Source of the DNA: a virus
Lineage: Duplodnaviria; Heunggongvirae; Uroviricota; Caudoviricetes
DNA length: 64,000 nucleotides
IMG/VR virus record: IMGVR_UViG_2913147268_000005
Strand: one strand, 5' to 3'
Shown here: piece after piece, positions 43,346 through 59,810 of the stretch
Numbering within the stretch: position 1 is the first letter of the stretch
Layout: each line of letters starts with the position of its first letter
Position numbers and translations under genes: made by a program
Notes under the pieces: generated by a model
The model's input: only the letters and a program-made list of their open reading frames with translations
Told to the model about the DNA's origin: nothing
Database searches by the model: none

Positions 43346-43910
43346 CTGCCGGGCGCACCTTCGGCTCCCGGCTGCCTGGCGGCATCCGGTCGTCAGGCCC
43401 GACTCCGACAGGCAGCTGCTGGCGCACCTGCCAGTCTCCGCCGAACCCGCTGGCGCGGTTTCGGGCTGTTGCTACGGTCCGATGCGTGAAAACCCCTGGC
43501 TTGCAGCGACCGTTCCGGTCGCGCCGCCTCTGTCGCGCCGTGACCTGCGCTCCCGGCATCCCGGCAAAAGGCGCCGGGATGTAAGGCGCAACGCCGTTTC
43601 GCAAACCGCGCTTCACGTCGTTGCGGCGGGTCCCTGCCCGTTGTTCTTTGACATATTAGGGGCTATTCCATTTCATCGTCCAACAAAATGGGTGCAGTAC
43701 ATGGTGGTTAATGAAAATTAACTTACTACGGGGCTATCTTCTTTCTGCCACACAACACGGCAACAAACCACCTTCACGTCATGAGGCAGAAAGCCTCAAG
43801 CGCCGGGCACATCATAGCCCATATACCTGCACGCTGACCACACTCACTTTCCCTGAAAATAATCCGCTCATTCAGACCGTTCACGGGAAATCCGTGTGAT
43901 TGTTGCCGCA

Positions 43911-44630
43911 TCACGCTGCCTCCCGGAGTTTGTTCGGCACCATCCACCGCTCCATCTCACGAACAGCATGACCGACCACCCTTGCCGCCATACCAGCCTC
44001 TGCGATGACCTGCCAGAATGGCATATCCTGCCACTGCCAGCGTTCCATTCCGGCCAGTGACGGAAAACGCTCGCCCCACTGCCAGAACAGGGTTTCCAGG
44101 TCATGCTCTGCCACCCGGTCACTCCAGCGTGCATACCAGCTTCCGACTGTTTCCGGCGAATGGAATGCCAGTTCGATTTCAGCCTGAGCGACCAGCGCCT
44201 GGTACGCACGGGCTTTCTGCTCTGCCTCCCTCGCCTGCTGGCGGCTGTACTTCTGCATGACCAGCGCGGATTTATGGCGACTGCGTTCCCTGACACGAAA
44301 CCGCACCGACGGGAACAAGCGTTCTGCTGCATCGCCTGGAAGGGGAAGGAGGCAAACCTCGCCCTGTGTTTCAATCAGCACATCGATGGCATACAGCCAC
44401 TGAAGACGGTTGCCGTGCAGTTCTTCTGCGGTCAGGGACGGCATGAAAAATCGCAGGTCAGACAGCGATATCCTGCGGCTTCCGTTCAGACAGCGGAAAA
44501 ACGCCCCCGCATACGGATATTCAGCCAGCGTGTTACCCTGATGGCGGCGTTTTTCGGTCTCCGCCACCGCCCGCCATGCGGCCTGTTGCTCTGTGCTGAG
44601 AGGAACCAGTGCCTGTGAACGTGCGCTCAT
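43911..44630 (-). CDS. psiA: plasmid SOS inhibition protein PsiA
   Basis: 239-aa ORF downstream of psiB in F-like leading-region order. Confidence 0.7.
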   Translation of the reverse strand: MSARSQALVPLSTEQQAAWRAVAETEKRRHQGNTLAEYPYAGAFFRCLNGSRRISLSDLRFFMPSLTAEELHGNRLQWLYAIDVLIETQGEVCLLPLPGDAAERLFPSVRFRVRERSRHKSALVMQKYSRQQAREAEQKARAYQALVAQAEIELAFHSPETVGSWYARWSDRVAEHDLETLFWQWGERFPSLAGMERWQWQDMPFWQVIAEAGMAARVVGHAVREMERWMVPNKLREAA

Positions 44631-45064
44631 GCCTGACTTCCTTCCGCCATCAGGATATGGATGATGTCACTGACGCTGTACCCCTGCGCGTCCAGTGACG
44701 CCGCCAGTGCCAGTGAATGGCTGACAGCTTCCGGTGCAAACCGCCGCTGTACCTGAACCACCGCAAACGGCTCACCACCGGCATTCACCAGAACCAGCAC
44801 CCAGACCTGAGAGACATCGCCCGGTGAACATAACGCCAGGTGAAAACGTTCGTGGGCAGGCGTGAAACGGACCTGGACGGGGAAAAAGCCGCCAAACTCG
44901 CTGCCGTACTCGCCGTTCATCGTCCAGTTATCCGGCGCATCCTGCTCCCGCATCACGGCGTGAGTCAGCTCACGGCGTTCATCACTTCCGGCAGCCCGGA
45001 TATCTTCATATTCCTGTGTGTTCATGGTCTGTAATACATTCAGGGTCAGTTCAGTTTTCATCAC
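44627..45064 (-). CDS. psiB: plasmid SOS inhibition protein PsiB
   Basis: [39 protein letters not shown]...[59 protein letters not shown], near-identical to F PsiB as recalled. Confidence 0.9.
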   Translation of the reverse strand: MMKTELTLNVLQTMNTQEYEDIRAAGSDERRELTHAVMREQDAPDNWTMNGEYGSEFGGFFPVQVRFTPAHERFHLALCSPGDVSQVWVLVLVNAGGEPFAVVQVQRRFAPEAVSHSLALAASLDAQGYSVSDIIHILMAEGSQA

Positions 45065-45340
45065 GGTATCTCCCTTGCTGCCGCCCCGTCTCCGGCGGGG
45101 CGGTGTGGTTGTTCATCAGGCGGCATCAGCCAGGTTATCGGTGCGTTCAGTGGCATCCGTCTGTGGGCGTGGTGCACACATCCAGCCTGGAACCCAGCGG
45201 TTGTCTTTCATATGGTGCTCTGCATGTTCAGCCGCATCACCTTTCTTCATCTTCTCCGCGTCCCGTGCGGCACCGGACAGCCCTGCCTTATTCAGGGCTG
45301 CGATAATCTGCGGCGGACGTTCGCGCGTCGGGCACCTCTC

Positions 45341-48506
<3,166 letters not shown>

Positions 48507-48559
48507 GGCACTGTTGCAAATAGTCGGTGGTGATAAACTTATCATCCCCTTTTGCTGAT
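48507..48559 (+). mobile_element. IS26 terminal fragment (~53 bp)
   Basis: GGCACTGTTGCAAATAGTCGGTGGTGATAAACTTATCATCCCCTTTTGCTGAT. Confidence 0.8.
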
Positions 48560-48842
48560 ATCTGAGTGCACTGCCACACAAGTGGCAGGTGTAGTGAGCA
48601 TAAGGTGCGGCCTGTACAGTACGGGCGCCCGTCAGACGTCCGTTGCTATCAAGAGCGAGAAAGGATTTTGCGTACATAGTATATGTTCCTTACCGTCAGA
48701 CGACACGCAGGCAACAGCCGTCCCGGTACGGGCAGCGTGGTCAGGTGTGAATGGCGGTTTCAGTTCAGTCTCATAAGGGAAAATCAGTGTGGTGGCCATG
48801 AACACGTCATCACACTGAAGTCAGATAACTCGTCTGTCTGGC

Positions 48843-49448
48843 TCAGCCACGACTGCAGCCAAAGTTGCGCTCACCGGTGCAGTGAGCTTTGGTATGCTCC
48901 TTCGCCAGATAGTCAGCACGTTCCAGCACTTGCTGAAAGCCGGTGTCATCATTACGCGCCAGCCACACCGCCGGCCAGGCCGGAAAATGCACCAGCGTGG
49001 CATGGCATCCGGCATCCACCCCCAGGGCACTGCACCAGGCCTGTTCAATCATTCCGGCCAGTGATCCCGGAGCGCGGTAATCACCGGCACGACACCAGGT
49101 ATCCCGGTTGACCAGCAGCATCAGATGATAGTGTTTTTTACCTTTGCACTCCCCAAACTCCCGGGCCCAGACGTAATGCAGAGTGGTGGGATGCACGCGT
49201 TTACCTTCCCGATGCTTACGTTTCTGGTAAGCGTCGATTCGGGCTTTCAGGGCATTGATGAAGCGGGATATCACAGCTGCGTCCGTTGCTGCCGGTACAT
49301 CCGGGAAACGCAGGTCAACCCGCAATGCCGTCAGGCGGGGATGAACATTCAGTGCGTGCCGCACCGTCTCACGAATACGTTGCTGCCAGAAGGGGTTGTA
49401 TTTGTAGGTCATGGTTAAATCTCCGTATGGTTCATACGGAATAGCCAC
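48843..49448 (-). CDS. inovirus Gp2-family (YagK/YfjJ-like) protein
   Basis: 201-aa ORF; family call from memory of CP4-type island proteins. Confidence 0.4.
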   Translation of the reverse strand: MAIPYEPYGDLTMTYKYNPFWQQRIRETVRHALNVHPRLTALRVDLRFPDVPAATDAAVISRFINALKARIDAYQKRKHREGKRVHPTTLHYVWAREFGECKGKKHYHLMLLVNRDTWCRAGDYRAPGSLAGMIEQAWCSALGVDAGCHATLVHFPAWPAVWLARNDDTGFQQVLERADYLAKEHTKAHCTGERNFGCSRG

Positions 49449-49608
49449 GTCGTAAAAAATGCGCAGAGTCCCTGAAGTGACCTCCGGCAGGGCACTGTCT
49501 CAGGCACTCTGTGATAACCCGAACGGTCGTCTCCGGACTGACGGTTGAATTTTCAGCGTTGTTTTTTTAATGTAAAAAACCGGTTACGGGTAAGGCTGTG
49601 AGGAGGGA

Positions 49609-49812
49609 GTGATGGTGATACGCAAAAAGAAGTGCAGGGACTGTGGAAACGCGATTACTCATAATACAGTGTGTTGCCCGTATTGTGGTTCTGTCGACCC
49701 CTTCGGCTATTACCGGAATACAGACCGTATCGTTACCATACTGCTGGCACTGATTATTGTGGTCCTGCTGACTACTGTCAGCGTCAGTGTGTATATACTG
49801 TGTAGCTGGTGA
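49609..49812 (+). CDS. small zinc-ribbon membrane protein
   Basis: CRDCGN...CCPYCGS followed by a TM segment. Confidence 0.3.
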   Translation: MMVIRKKKCRDCGNAITHNTVCCPYCGSVDPFGYYRNTDRIVTILLALIIVVLLTTVSVSVYILCSW

Positions 49813-50991
49813 GATAACGGTTCATGTATCCCCTGAGCTGACAGTGTACCGGGTATATTAAGCGTAACCGACAGGTTCTCCTTCATACCATATTAAATTT
49901 TTCCAGGTATTGCCGCTGCCTTATTTCGTCCCATACAGGAAAACTCGTCTGGGTTTCTGACAAATACGCGAAACTCACAGCCCCTCAATATCAACCACAC
50001 GCCGTAAGCCGGTAATACCTGAAAATCAGTCTATTACCGCCCGCGCCTCCGTTACCGAACGCTCAGGTGACAAGACTGAAGCCAGCACGCACTCGTAAAA
50101 TTTGCGGTCAGTTCTGCCAGCCGGTTGTCAACGGCAGAGTTAAAGGCTTCCAGCTCCGCAAGGGTAAGTTTATAACGCGTGTGGGAATTCACTTTTCCCG
50201 CGTCTCCTGACGTATTACGGGCTGCCACTTACCTGGTGTCCCGCAATACAGCCTTAGTGTTCCGTTATCGGGGATCCGGACGCACCGCAACAACCGGGGA
50301 AGTATTTCTGGTTAGAGCAGTGTCAAGAGGGATTTCTCAGCCCCTCACTCACCGGCTCAGTCTCAGGGCAGGAGCATTAATACGCTCAGTTCATGTCTTA
50401 TACAGGAATGGGCATAGGGGGAGCTGGCGTGTCACTGCTGATTTTACGCATCAGCGTTCATGTATTTGCACTCTGATACAGAATGCTTCACAGCGCTCTG
50501 TTACCGGAGAGATTTACTCTCTTAGGTTATTCTGGCAAATCCTTTACGTTACTCTCTGATGACTTCTTATATTTATAATACCAATCAGACAACCTTATCC
50601 CATCGGTGATATCAGTCTCCTGCTCGCCAGGAACGGGCTGACTCACTGTAACCACCTCCGAAAACAACTCTGCAATTATCAGAACGCCTGCTTCTCTCCC
50701 TGTCCTCACGAAAACTATCCCCTCTTTATCGCGCGTGCGTGCGGAAGCATCTTTTCGCACCCCCGTTACTTTATTCGTACCCCTTATAATGGGGTGTTAG
50801 CCAGCCAGACCCGGCATGATTACTGCCCCCAGTCGTCCATGATCCGGGGGGTGATGTCACCGGGTCTGGTGGGGCGCTGGTAACCGCTAATAGGGGTCAG
50901 GTCAGGCACTTTTGCCGGGACCGTCTGTAACGTGGATGCCGGTACCTGCTCCCCGTGGTTATCTGCTTAACCCATATACAAGGGAGACAGA

Positions 50992-52188
50992 ATGACCGAA
51001 TCCAGCGATTACGAATCCGTCCAGGTCTTTATCGGCGTTGATGTCGGTAAAGATACGCATCACGCTGTAGCCATTAATCGTTCAGGTAAACGCCTGTTCG
51101 ATAAAGCATTACCCAACGACGAAAACAAACTCAGGTCGCTAATATCTGACCTGAAACAACATGGTCAGATACTGCTGGTTGTTGATCAGCCAGCTACCAT
51201 CGGTGCGTTACCTGTCGCCGTTGCCCGCTCAGAAGGAGTCCTTGTCGGATACCTCCCTGGACTGGCCATGCGCCGCATAGCCGACTTACACGCCGGTGAA
51301 GCTAAAACTGATGCTCGTGACGCTGCCATCATTGCCGAAGCTGCCCGTACCCTGCCTCACGCGCTACGCACGCTGAAACTGGCTGACGAGCAAATCGCCG
51401 AACTCTCCATGCTCTGCGGCTTCGATGATGATCTTGCCGCACAGACAACGCAGGCCAGCAACCGTATCCGCGGCCTTCTGACCCAGATACATCCGGCACT
51501 GGAGCGCGTTCTCGGTCCGAGACTTGATCACCCGGCGGTACTCGATCTTCTCCAGCGATATCCCTCACCAGAAAAACTCGCTTCGCTGGGTGAGAAGAAG
51601 CTGGCAGCCCAGCTCTGCAAACTTGCGCCTCGTCTGGGTAAACGCCTTGCAGCAGACATAGCTCAGGCACTGGCCGAACAAACCGTCGTCGTTCCCGGCA
51701 CGAATGCCGCTGCCGTAGTACTGCCACGTCTGGCACTCCAGCTCATCACGCTGCGTAAGCAAAGAGACGAGGTGGCGCTTGCGGTAGAACAGCGAGTTCT
51801 TGCTCACCCTCTTTACCCGGTCCTGACCAGTATGCCCGGAGTCGGTGTCAGGACCGCAGCCAGACTCCTCACCGAGGTCGCCTGCCGCGCCTTCGCCTCT
51901 GTCGCACATCTCGCTGCTTATGCTGGCCTTGCGCCGGTAACTCGGCGATCCGGCTCGTCAATACGCGGTGAGCATCCCTCGCGACGGGGTAATAAAGCTC
52001 TCAAACGGGCGTTGTTCCTGTCGGCCTTCGCCGCGCTCAGGGATCCGCTCTCCAGGGCTTACTACACCCGCAAAATGAGTCAGGGAAAACGACACAATCA
52101 GGCGCTTATCGCCCTGGCGAGACGACGCTGCGACGTTCTGTTCGCCATGATGCGCGACGGGACTTTTTATACCCCGCAGGCGTCATAA
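50992..52188 (+). mobile_element. IS110-family transposase
   Basis: 398-aa ORF, N-terminal VFIGVDVGKDTHHAVAIN (DEDD/RuvC-like) and C-terminal MPGVGVRTAARLLTEV. Confidence 0.8.
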
Positions 52189-52383
52189 CATGCTTGACAA
52201 CTTAATAGGGGCACCCCCCGGGATTCCGCTACGGCTCTGCCATCGCAATCCCCCCGTTTATCTCCGGACAGCCAGATTCCCGATTATTTTTTACGTTTCT
52301 CCCCGGTTGTTATGCCGGTGAAGGTGGCGCGCTGTTTTCATGACCACACCGGCTGGTTTAACAACATCCGGAGGAACATTCTC

Positions 52384-52590
52384 ATGGCTACCCCAGTTTC
52401 GCTGATGGATGACCAGATGGTCGACATGGCGTTTATCACTCAACTGACCGGCTTAACCGATAAGTGGTTTTACAAACTCATCAAAGTTGGGGGCTTTCCT
52501 GCCCCCATCAAAATGGGGCGCAGCTCCCGCTGGCTGAAAAGTGAAGTGGAAGCCTGGCTGCAGGCGCGTATTGCACAGTCCCGTCCGTAA
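52384..52590 (+). CDS. alpA: AlpA-family phage/island transcriptional regulator
   Basis: MATPVSLMDDQMVDMAFITQLTGLTDKWFYKLIKVGGFPAPIKMGRSSRWLKSEVEAWL. Confidence 0.7.
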   Translation: MATPVSLMDDQMVDMAFITQLTGLTDKWFYKLIKVGGFPAPIKMGRSSRWLKSEVEAWLQARIAQSRP

Positions 52591-52668
52591 TTTTTAACCA
52601 CTAACCCTTCGCCCAAAGCAGACGCAATCTCCGGCCTGCCGGCGGCGCTCTGCTGCCTGTTATCCCCC

Positions 52669-53286
52669 GTGAGGAATATGAAAATGAAACAACAGTATCA
52701 GACCCGTTACGAGCTGCTCCATGAAAACTACCAGAAATGGCTGACCGGCTTCACCCGGCACGCCGTATCATGGGGCGTGTGTCATCCGAATATCTACTAT
52801 TTCCATAATCTGACGCCCGGGTGGGTGTCATTCAATGGCGAAAAACCGGAGATTGCCATCGTTCCCCAGAGTCTGCACCGGCTGATTTATGGTCCGGACA
52901 AACGGAGCTCCCCGTCCCTGGATGATGATCTGGTGGTGAATTTATGCACCAGCGAACACCTGCTGGTTCATCATCCGATGCTGGAAGGGATCCTGCTGTC
53001 TGAATGTGAGCGCCTGAAGCAACATTCTCTGGCAAACAAACTGATCAGCCTCTTCCGTCAGTTTGGCGGCACGGAGTTACGTCTCAAACTGGTCTGGCTC
53101 TGCTGGCTTGACTTAATGACCGGAAACAGCCTTGACGACTGGACGAAAAACCTGAAACACAAATCAGAAAAAGATCTGGAGCAATGGATCATTGCACGTC
53201 AGGGTCAGAGTGAACCACTGACAAATCTGATGGATCAGTACGTGCTTATGGCATACCGTACATCGGTTGATGCCGCTCACAGTTGA
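52669..53286 (+). CDS. hypothetical protein downstream of alpA
   Basis: 205-aa ORF. Confidence 0.4.
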   Translation: MRNMKMKQQYQTRYELLHENYQKWLTGFTRHAVSWGVCHPNIYYFHNLTPGWVSFNGEKPEIAIVPQSLHRLIYGPDKRSSPSLDDDLVVNLCTSEHLLVHHPMLEGILLSECERLKQHSLANKLISLFRQFGGTELRLKLVWLCWLDLMTGNSLDDWTKNLKHKSEKDLEQWIIARQGQSEPLTNLMDQYVLMAYRTSVDAAHS

Positions 53287-54245
53287 TGTCTGATAACCAC
53301 AGGGCTGGCAGCAGAAAACCAGCCCTGTGGTAAAATACAGTAATAGCGGCGTACATCAGGCACGCCGCTCACTCGTCCACAGATCATATACGTCATTATA
53401 CTGCGCGATAACGGAGGGCTTCAGCACCCGGTCATTTCTGAGCGGGTATGAATACCATTGATGATGCGAAGCAGCCACGGGCAGAAACGTTCTTCACAAC
53501 CAGGTGCCTCCATCTTCACTGCAGGCTGAATGTGCCGGCTTGTTATCCACCAGAAATGGTATGCTCCGGTACATGCATACCCCGGAGACTATAAACGCAC
53601 TGAATCATAGCCTCCCACCTCAGCAGGAGGCAGTCAGCTTTCAGGCGGAAAAACGTTGCAGTTAAAGATCGTGAGAATCGCTGTTTCGTTGCATAGCAAC
53701 CCGAACAGTTGTAGTTGAAACATTTTACCTGCATCAGCACATGGTCAGGCGCCGTCTGTATGGCGTGGAATACTGATGTTTCGGCTGATGGCAAGCCTCA
53801 TTCTCTGTGGAAACAGGGGCGCGCATTAGCTTCTCAACCAGAGAGTGTCACAAAGACAAATATTGCTGAAAATCGCATTCATCGTTCAGGCGTGAATGCC
53901 CGGAGACAAAAGCCGCTGTCCGCACAGCCCCCCTCTGATCTGAACAAAAAGCATACACACAACAGGCTCACCTGACCCCGAAAAACCATAACTTCAGCAA
54001 TACCAGTGACACCAGCACGTTACCTCAGTGCCACATCTTCAGACCGCGATCAATCTGAAATGTGACTATCGGGGCAATATCCCAGTTTTGTGGTACACGA
54101 TAACCAGAAAACATCCCCTGAACCGCCAGCCAGAAAGACCGGCCACAAAAGGGTTAAGCTGAAATCGTTTATGGATTACATCGACATATGCCTGGCAGAG
54201 AATGTCCGGAATGACGAGGTTATCTTTGCGGAGATTAAGGCAATG

Positions 54246-55166
<921 letters not shown>

Positions 55167-55593
55167 GACGGTTCCGGATTATACGGTGAAGGTGAGAAAG
55201 TGGTTTTGTGTGATGTGTGACGAAGATTATGAGGGGGAAAAGTGCTGCCCACGCTGCGGTACCGGGGTATACAGCAGGGCGTGGGGGCGGCAGGAGGTGC
55301 CGTCGGAAGATGCCAGGGCTGATAATCCGTTACAGAGGCTGTAATGGTTGCCTCCGGAGCAGTTTGCGGTGATGCCTTTCCCGGGAATGGATTGCCAGTG
55401 CGGGGACTGTGGAGCTTAATTCCGGTGTTGGTGGCCTTTCCATTGATTTTATGCCAACAGCCCCCTGTGACTGACAGGCTGCCTCGTCATTCCATTCGTA
55501 TCTCCAGTAACAGGGGGTTGTATTGTATTTTATTGTACCGGTTCAGGTGTGCGTTTCCCGGCGCGTCTGCACCGGCTTAACCAAATTCAACAG

Positions 55594-55603
55594 NNNNNNN
55601 NNN
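55594..55603. other. assembly gap (10 N)
   Basis: N run. Confidence 1.
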
Positions 55604-56745
55604 GTAAGCGTACAGCCTGAACCGTCTGGTCAGAATCTGACGAATTAGACAAAGTGGTGTCCACCAAATAAGTAGTGGGAACCAAAGTGTCAGATATGCA
55701 GAAAAATGTGACTCCCGGCAGGCGAAAAGGCTGCCCTAATTATCCTCCCGAATTTAAACAGCTGCTCGTTGCTGCCTCCTGTGAACCCGGGATATCCATC
55801 TCAAAACTTGCTCTTGAAAATGGCATTAACGCCAATCTGTTGTTCAAATGGCGACAACAATGGCGCGAGGGAAAGCTGCTATTACCTTCTTCAGAGAGCC
55901 CCCAGCTACTTCCTGTGACTCTCGATGCAGCTGCCGAACAGCCAGAATCGCTCGCAGAGGACCCGGAAACCCTCAGTATCAGCTGTGAGGTAACGTTCCG
56001 GCACGGGACGCTCCGCTTCAATGGCAATGTCAGCGAAAAGCTCCTGACTCTGCTGATACAGGAACTGAAGCGATGATCCCGTTACCTTCCGGGACCAAAA
56101 TTTGGCTGGTTGCCGGTATCACCGATATGAGAAATGGCTTCAACGGCCTGGCTGCGAAAGTACAAACGGCGCTGAAAGACGATCCCATGTCCGGCCATGT
56201 TTTCATTTTCCGGGGCCGCAGCGGCAGTCAGGTTAAACTGCTGTGGTCCACCGGTAACGGACTGTGCCTCCTGACCAAACGGCTGGAGCGTGGGCGCTTC
56301 GCCTGGCCGTCAGCCCGTGATGGCAAAGTGTTCCTTACGCAGGCGCAGCTGGCGATGCTGCTGGAAGGTATCGACTGGCGACAGCCCAAGCGGCTGCTGA
56401 CCTCCCTGACCATGCTGTAAATCTCTTTATCCTGGTTGTCACAGAATAAGCCCGGTAAAATACGGGCTTATGAACGACATCTCTTCTGACGACATCTTCC
56501 TGCTAAAACAGCGCCTGGCCGAACAGGAAGCGCTGATCCACGCCCTGCAGGAAAAGCTGAGCAACCGGGAGCGCGAAATAGACCATCTGCAGGCGCAGCT
56601 GGATAAACTCCGCCGGATGAACTTCGGCAGTCGTTCCGAAAAAGTCTCCCGCCGTATCGCACAAATGGAAGCCGATCTGAACCGGCTTCAGAAAGAGAGC
56701 GATACGCTGACTGGTAGGGTGTATGACCCGGCAGTACAGCGTCCG
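55604..56745 (+). mobile_element. IS66-family element 5' part: IRL, orfA (55675-56076), orfB (56073-56420), orfC 5' portion
   Basis: Begins GTAAGCGTACAGCCTGAACC; orfB MIPLPSGTKIWLVAGITDMRNGFNGLAAKVQ; orfC stops matching at ~56745. Confidence 0.85.
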
Positions 56746-56857
56746 TTGCCAAAGCAGATGGGCCTGAGGTTTGCTTGTGACCCCAACGCATGAGCAGATG
56801 GCTGGTGGGTGCCCCTAACACCCACCAGCCGCCCATTTACCACAAATAAAAAAGCCT

Positions 56858-57052
56858 TCACTGCGGAAGGCGTCTGTAACAACCGAACTGATAGTCTGCC
56901 AGACCCGCCATAACCAGCTGGGTCAGTATTAACTGGCAGCGTTCGCGTGAAAGGTAAGTATTCTGCGCAATCTCCCCGGCTGTCGCCGGTTCGGTGACGC
57001 TTAATTCATTAAACACCACTCTGGCGGTTTCTGTCATATCCTGCTGTTTCAG
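56858..57052 (-). CDS. hypothetical small phage protein
   Basis: ~64 aa from MLKQQDMTETARVVFNELSVTEPATAGEIA. Confidence 0.35.
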   Translation of the reverse strand: MKQQDMTETARVVFNELSVTEPATAGEIAQNTYLSRERCQLILTQLVMAGLADYQFGCYRRLPQ

Positions 57053-57281
57053 CATGTCTTTTTCCCTTTTCCGGTTAACGTGACACACCAATAACTCTTG
57101 TCGAAAAAGCCAGCAAGCTGAAAGACAGGTATTCACCGCCACCAGCGCGTTTACTGTACTGACGCGATTTCAGTCATAAAAAACCCGCCAGGCGGCGGGG
57201 TGTAAAAAATCTTCTAACGTCAGGCATAAAACGCCCATCGTTAGAGCAAATTTACCACAGATTCGGGAAAAATCAACAACA

Positions 57282-58103
57282 CTATCGCGTTACCCTCTTT
57301 AACTGCCGCTCCGCCCATGCCTCTTCAATGTCAAACCGAACCACCAACGTATCGTAAAAGCGTTTCACTGATTTTTTCCACGTATCAAGCGTGATAGCAC
57401 TCGTCACTTTGCATATGGCATTAAATGCCTCCGTTGATGGTAGTCTTTCACAGCCACGACCACCACAACGCTGGCAGTCTCTGATAACAGGCATACCACG
57501 TTTTACCGACTCTTCACGATGAATGGCGACACCACGCCCACGGCAGTCTTTACAGGCAGTGGAAATCTCCCCCTTCCCTTTACATTCAGGACAAGAAACT
57601 TTCACCACCTCCCGAATTTTTTTCCATTCTTCCCAGTAAGACGGATACACACCTTTCGTACACTTTGCCCATACTGGCGGCTTGCCATCCGGATACTGAA
57701 CCTTGTTTGTAAAAACTTCGCCTTCAATAAATTTTTCCCCTCGGCAACAGGGGCACTGCTTTTTACTCGCTGCGCTGCGGGCATAATCCTCAAAAGCGTA
57801 CGAAGCCATAATGCGCATCACTACCGGTTTTATTTCTGCCGGAAGTTTTCTCAACGCCGCCACACGATCGCACCGACTGAGTGCATAATCTGCCAGTAAT
57901 TCTGTTGCCCGCGCCCTGTCATTCATACTGATGCCCATTTTCCCCAGGAACGCAGAAAACCCCATCTCAGCCCGATTCTGTGTCATGCCCTGCGCGGCCA
58001 TCACATCAGTGATACTCAGCGCATCTTTCGACGTTGAGGCCGATGCATCAGTCAGGCCGGGGGATTTTGGGGAGTAGTATTTCGGTAAATCTTCCAGTTT
58101 CAT
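57282..58103 (-). CDS. Q-type late antiterminator (QuuQ-like), Cys-rich
   Basis: 273 aa; four CxxC-type motifs (CPCCRGEKF, CPECKGKGE, CKDCRGRG, CQRCGGRG); immediately downstream of rusA. Confidence 0.5.
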   Translation of the reverse strand: MKLEDLPKYYSPKSPGLTDASASTSKDALSITDVMAAQGMTQNRAEMGFSAFLGKMGISMNDRARATELLADYALSRCDRVAALRKLPAEIKPVVMRIMASYAFEDYARSAASKKQCPCCRGEKFIEGEVFTNKVQYPDGKPPVWAKCTKGVYPSYWEEWKKIREVVKVSCPECKGKGEISTACKDCRGRGVAIHREESVKRGMPVIRDCQRCGGRGCERLPSTEAFNAICKVTSAITLDTWKKSVKRFYDTLVVRFDIEEAWAERQLKRVTR

Positions 58104-58480
58104 TTTTTGACCTGCTCTTCATGCATTATGGGGTAAATCTTCACCCCCAGACGTCCACCAGATACTGGCTGACCACGAACGATATTGATTTCATCAAACT
58201 GCTCATCGTCCATTAGCAACCCCGCATGCGTCAGCGCATCCAGCGGCGCTTTCAGAATATTGTCCAGATCACGGCGGCGCTTATCCGGTGGTTCTGCAAT
58301 AATTTTTATTGCCAACCTTCCGGACAGGCTTAATTTCAGCCGCTGCTGGCGAACAATAAGCGCCACTGCCCGGCGATAACGCTCCCCGGCTTTTGATACA
58401 AAATATGTGCTGCCACGACGACGCCAGTAAGTGTTCACCGTTGGCGGGTAAGGCAAAACAAATTCTATGCGTTCAGTCAT
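58100..58480 (-). CDS. rusA: RusA Holliday-junction resolvase
   Basis: MTERIEFVLPYPPTVNTYWRRRGSTYFVSKAGERYRR...RRRDLDNILKAPLDALTHAGLLMDDEQ. Confidence 0.85.
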   Translation of the reverse strand: MTERIEFVLPYPPTVNTYWRRRGSTYFVSKAGERYRRAVALIVRQQRLKLSLSGRLAIKIIAEPPDKRRRDLDNILKAPLDALTHAGLLMDDEQFDEINIVRGQPVSGGRLGVKIYPIMHEEQVKK

Positions 58481-59536
58481 TTATGCTTTCCACTTCAGAA
58501 CACCCGAATTTCTCGCGTGCATTAAAAAACGAATCAGCAACAACAGCTGGCTGCCGTGTTTTTCTTCAAAATCTTTTACCCCGGCGTGTAGTTCGCTATG
58601 GCATTTACGGCACAGCGGAATAACAAACAAATCATCAGCCTTTGTTCCCATCCCTCCCAGTCCATGACCAATGATGTGATGCGGATCATCTGCCTGATTG
58701 CCACACGTCATGCATTTCTGCGTTTTTACCCAACGCGTGTATACAGGCATCTCTTCCCGTTGTGATTTCTGGCGCTGGAGATACTGAGCCGGTGACTCCG
58801 GATCAACGGCAATGCTGACCACCGTCTTTTCCTGTGGCGGGTTTTGCTGGTGGGCGTGAGGCAGCGGCGCAAGATTTTTTGTGCGCTGCTTCAGTATGCT
58901 GGTGGCGGTCTGCTCTCCCGGTACGATGTCGCTTTCACGGTACATTGAGCGGATTTTTTCCGCACGCAACCCCAGCGAACGACGTAATACCGCTTCCGGT
59001 AGCGCGTCCGCCACCTGATTGCGGACCGCCCACCAGGATAATTCAGCCAGCGATAATTCCCGTTCCTGCGAGCCATTCATTGCATGGCGTATGACGTCAA
59101 TCATCCATGCAAACAGGTTTTGGTGAGCAAGTTGCCCGAGTGATTCGGAGGTCTGGTCGCGCAGCTGGTTGTCGCAGTGCCAGCACAACACCATTGCGCC
59201 GGTACCATAACGGTGAATGACGGTTTCACTGTGGTGATAATCGCCGTGTGGCCACTGGCAGGATTTAACATGGCGCAGTAACCAGTCAGACAATGCGCCA
59301 GCGCCACCAGCAGCACGAATCACTCGTTCGTCGCTGAAAAATGGCAGTAATGATTTATCCTCCGCCAGCGGCTGGCGAACGGCAGGAACGACCCCGGACG
59401 GCAGATTACGCATGCTTTTCGGTTCCGGCTCCACCAGTACCCGGGTATTGTGGAATACCGGCATGGATTCACGGCCCGGCTTAACGATCACCAGCCCGAG
59501 TTCCGGTACCAGAACAGGTCGAAGTAATACCCGCAC
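58481..59536 (-). CDS. DUF968 (YdfU-like) protein with HNH-like C-terminus
   Basis: 351 aa; C-terminal CMTCGNQADDPHHIIGHGLGGMGTKADDLFVIPLCRKCHSELH. Confidence 0.55.
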   Translation of the reverse strand: MRVLLRPVLVPELGLVIVKPGRESMPVFHNTRVLVEPEPKSMRNLPSGVVPAVRQPLAEDKSLLPFFSDERVIRAAGGAGALSDWLLRHVKSCQWPHGDYHHSETVIHRYGTGAMVLCWHCDNQLRDQTSESLGQLAHQNLFAWMIDVIRHAMNGSQERELSLAELSWWAVRNQVADALPEAVLRRSLGLRAEKIRSMYRESDIVPGEQTATSILKQRTKNLAPLPHAHQQNPPQEKTVVSIAVDPESPAQYLQRQKSQREEMPVYTRWVKTQKCMTCGNQADDPHHIIGHGLGGMGTKADDLFVIPLCRKCHSELHAGVKDFEEKHGSQLLLLIRFLMHARNSGVLKWKA

Positions 59537-59537
59537 G

Positions 59538-59810
59538 TTACCTCCAGATGCGTTGCTGGAATGTGCGGGACGGACGCGGTGGGCGTTCAGAGTAAGGAAG
59601 CCTGACGGAGATTATCCAGTGACGATAATCGAGGCTGAGGGCTTTCTTAATCTCGTATCCGCGTCTGCGGTAGTTATGAATTAGCCATTCGGCCTGTTCT
59701 TCAGTACATGGTGGGTGTTGGTACCAGTCGGTTTTAAATGCGTGTGAACGCCGCCCATGCCGGATGGCAAGGTCGGTATCAGAATTGTGAAATTTGGTTT
59801 TGTGCGCCAT
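59538..59810 (-). CDS. hypothetical protein (Rem-like by position)
   Basis: 90-aa ORF between DUF968 gene and hokD. Confidence 0.3.
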   Translation of the reverse strand: MAHKTKFHNSDTDLAIRHGRRSHAFKTDWYQHPPCTEEQAEWLIHNYRRRGYEIKKALSLDYRHWIISVRLPYSERPPRPSRTFQQRIWR

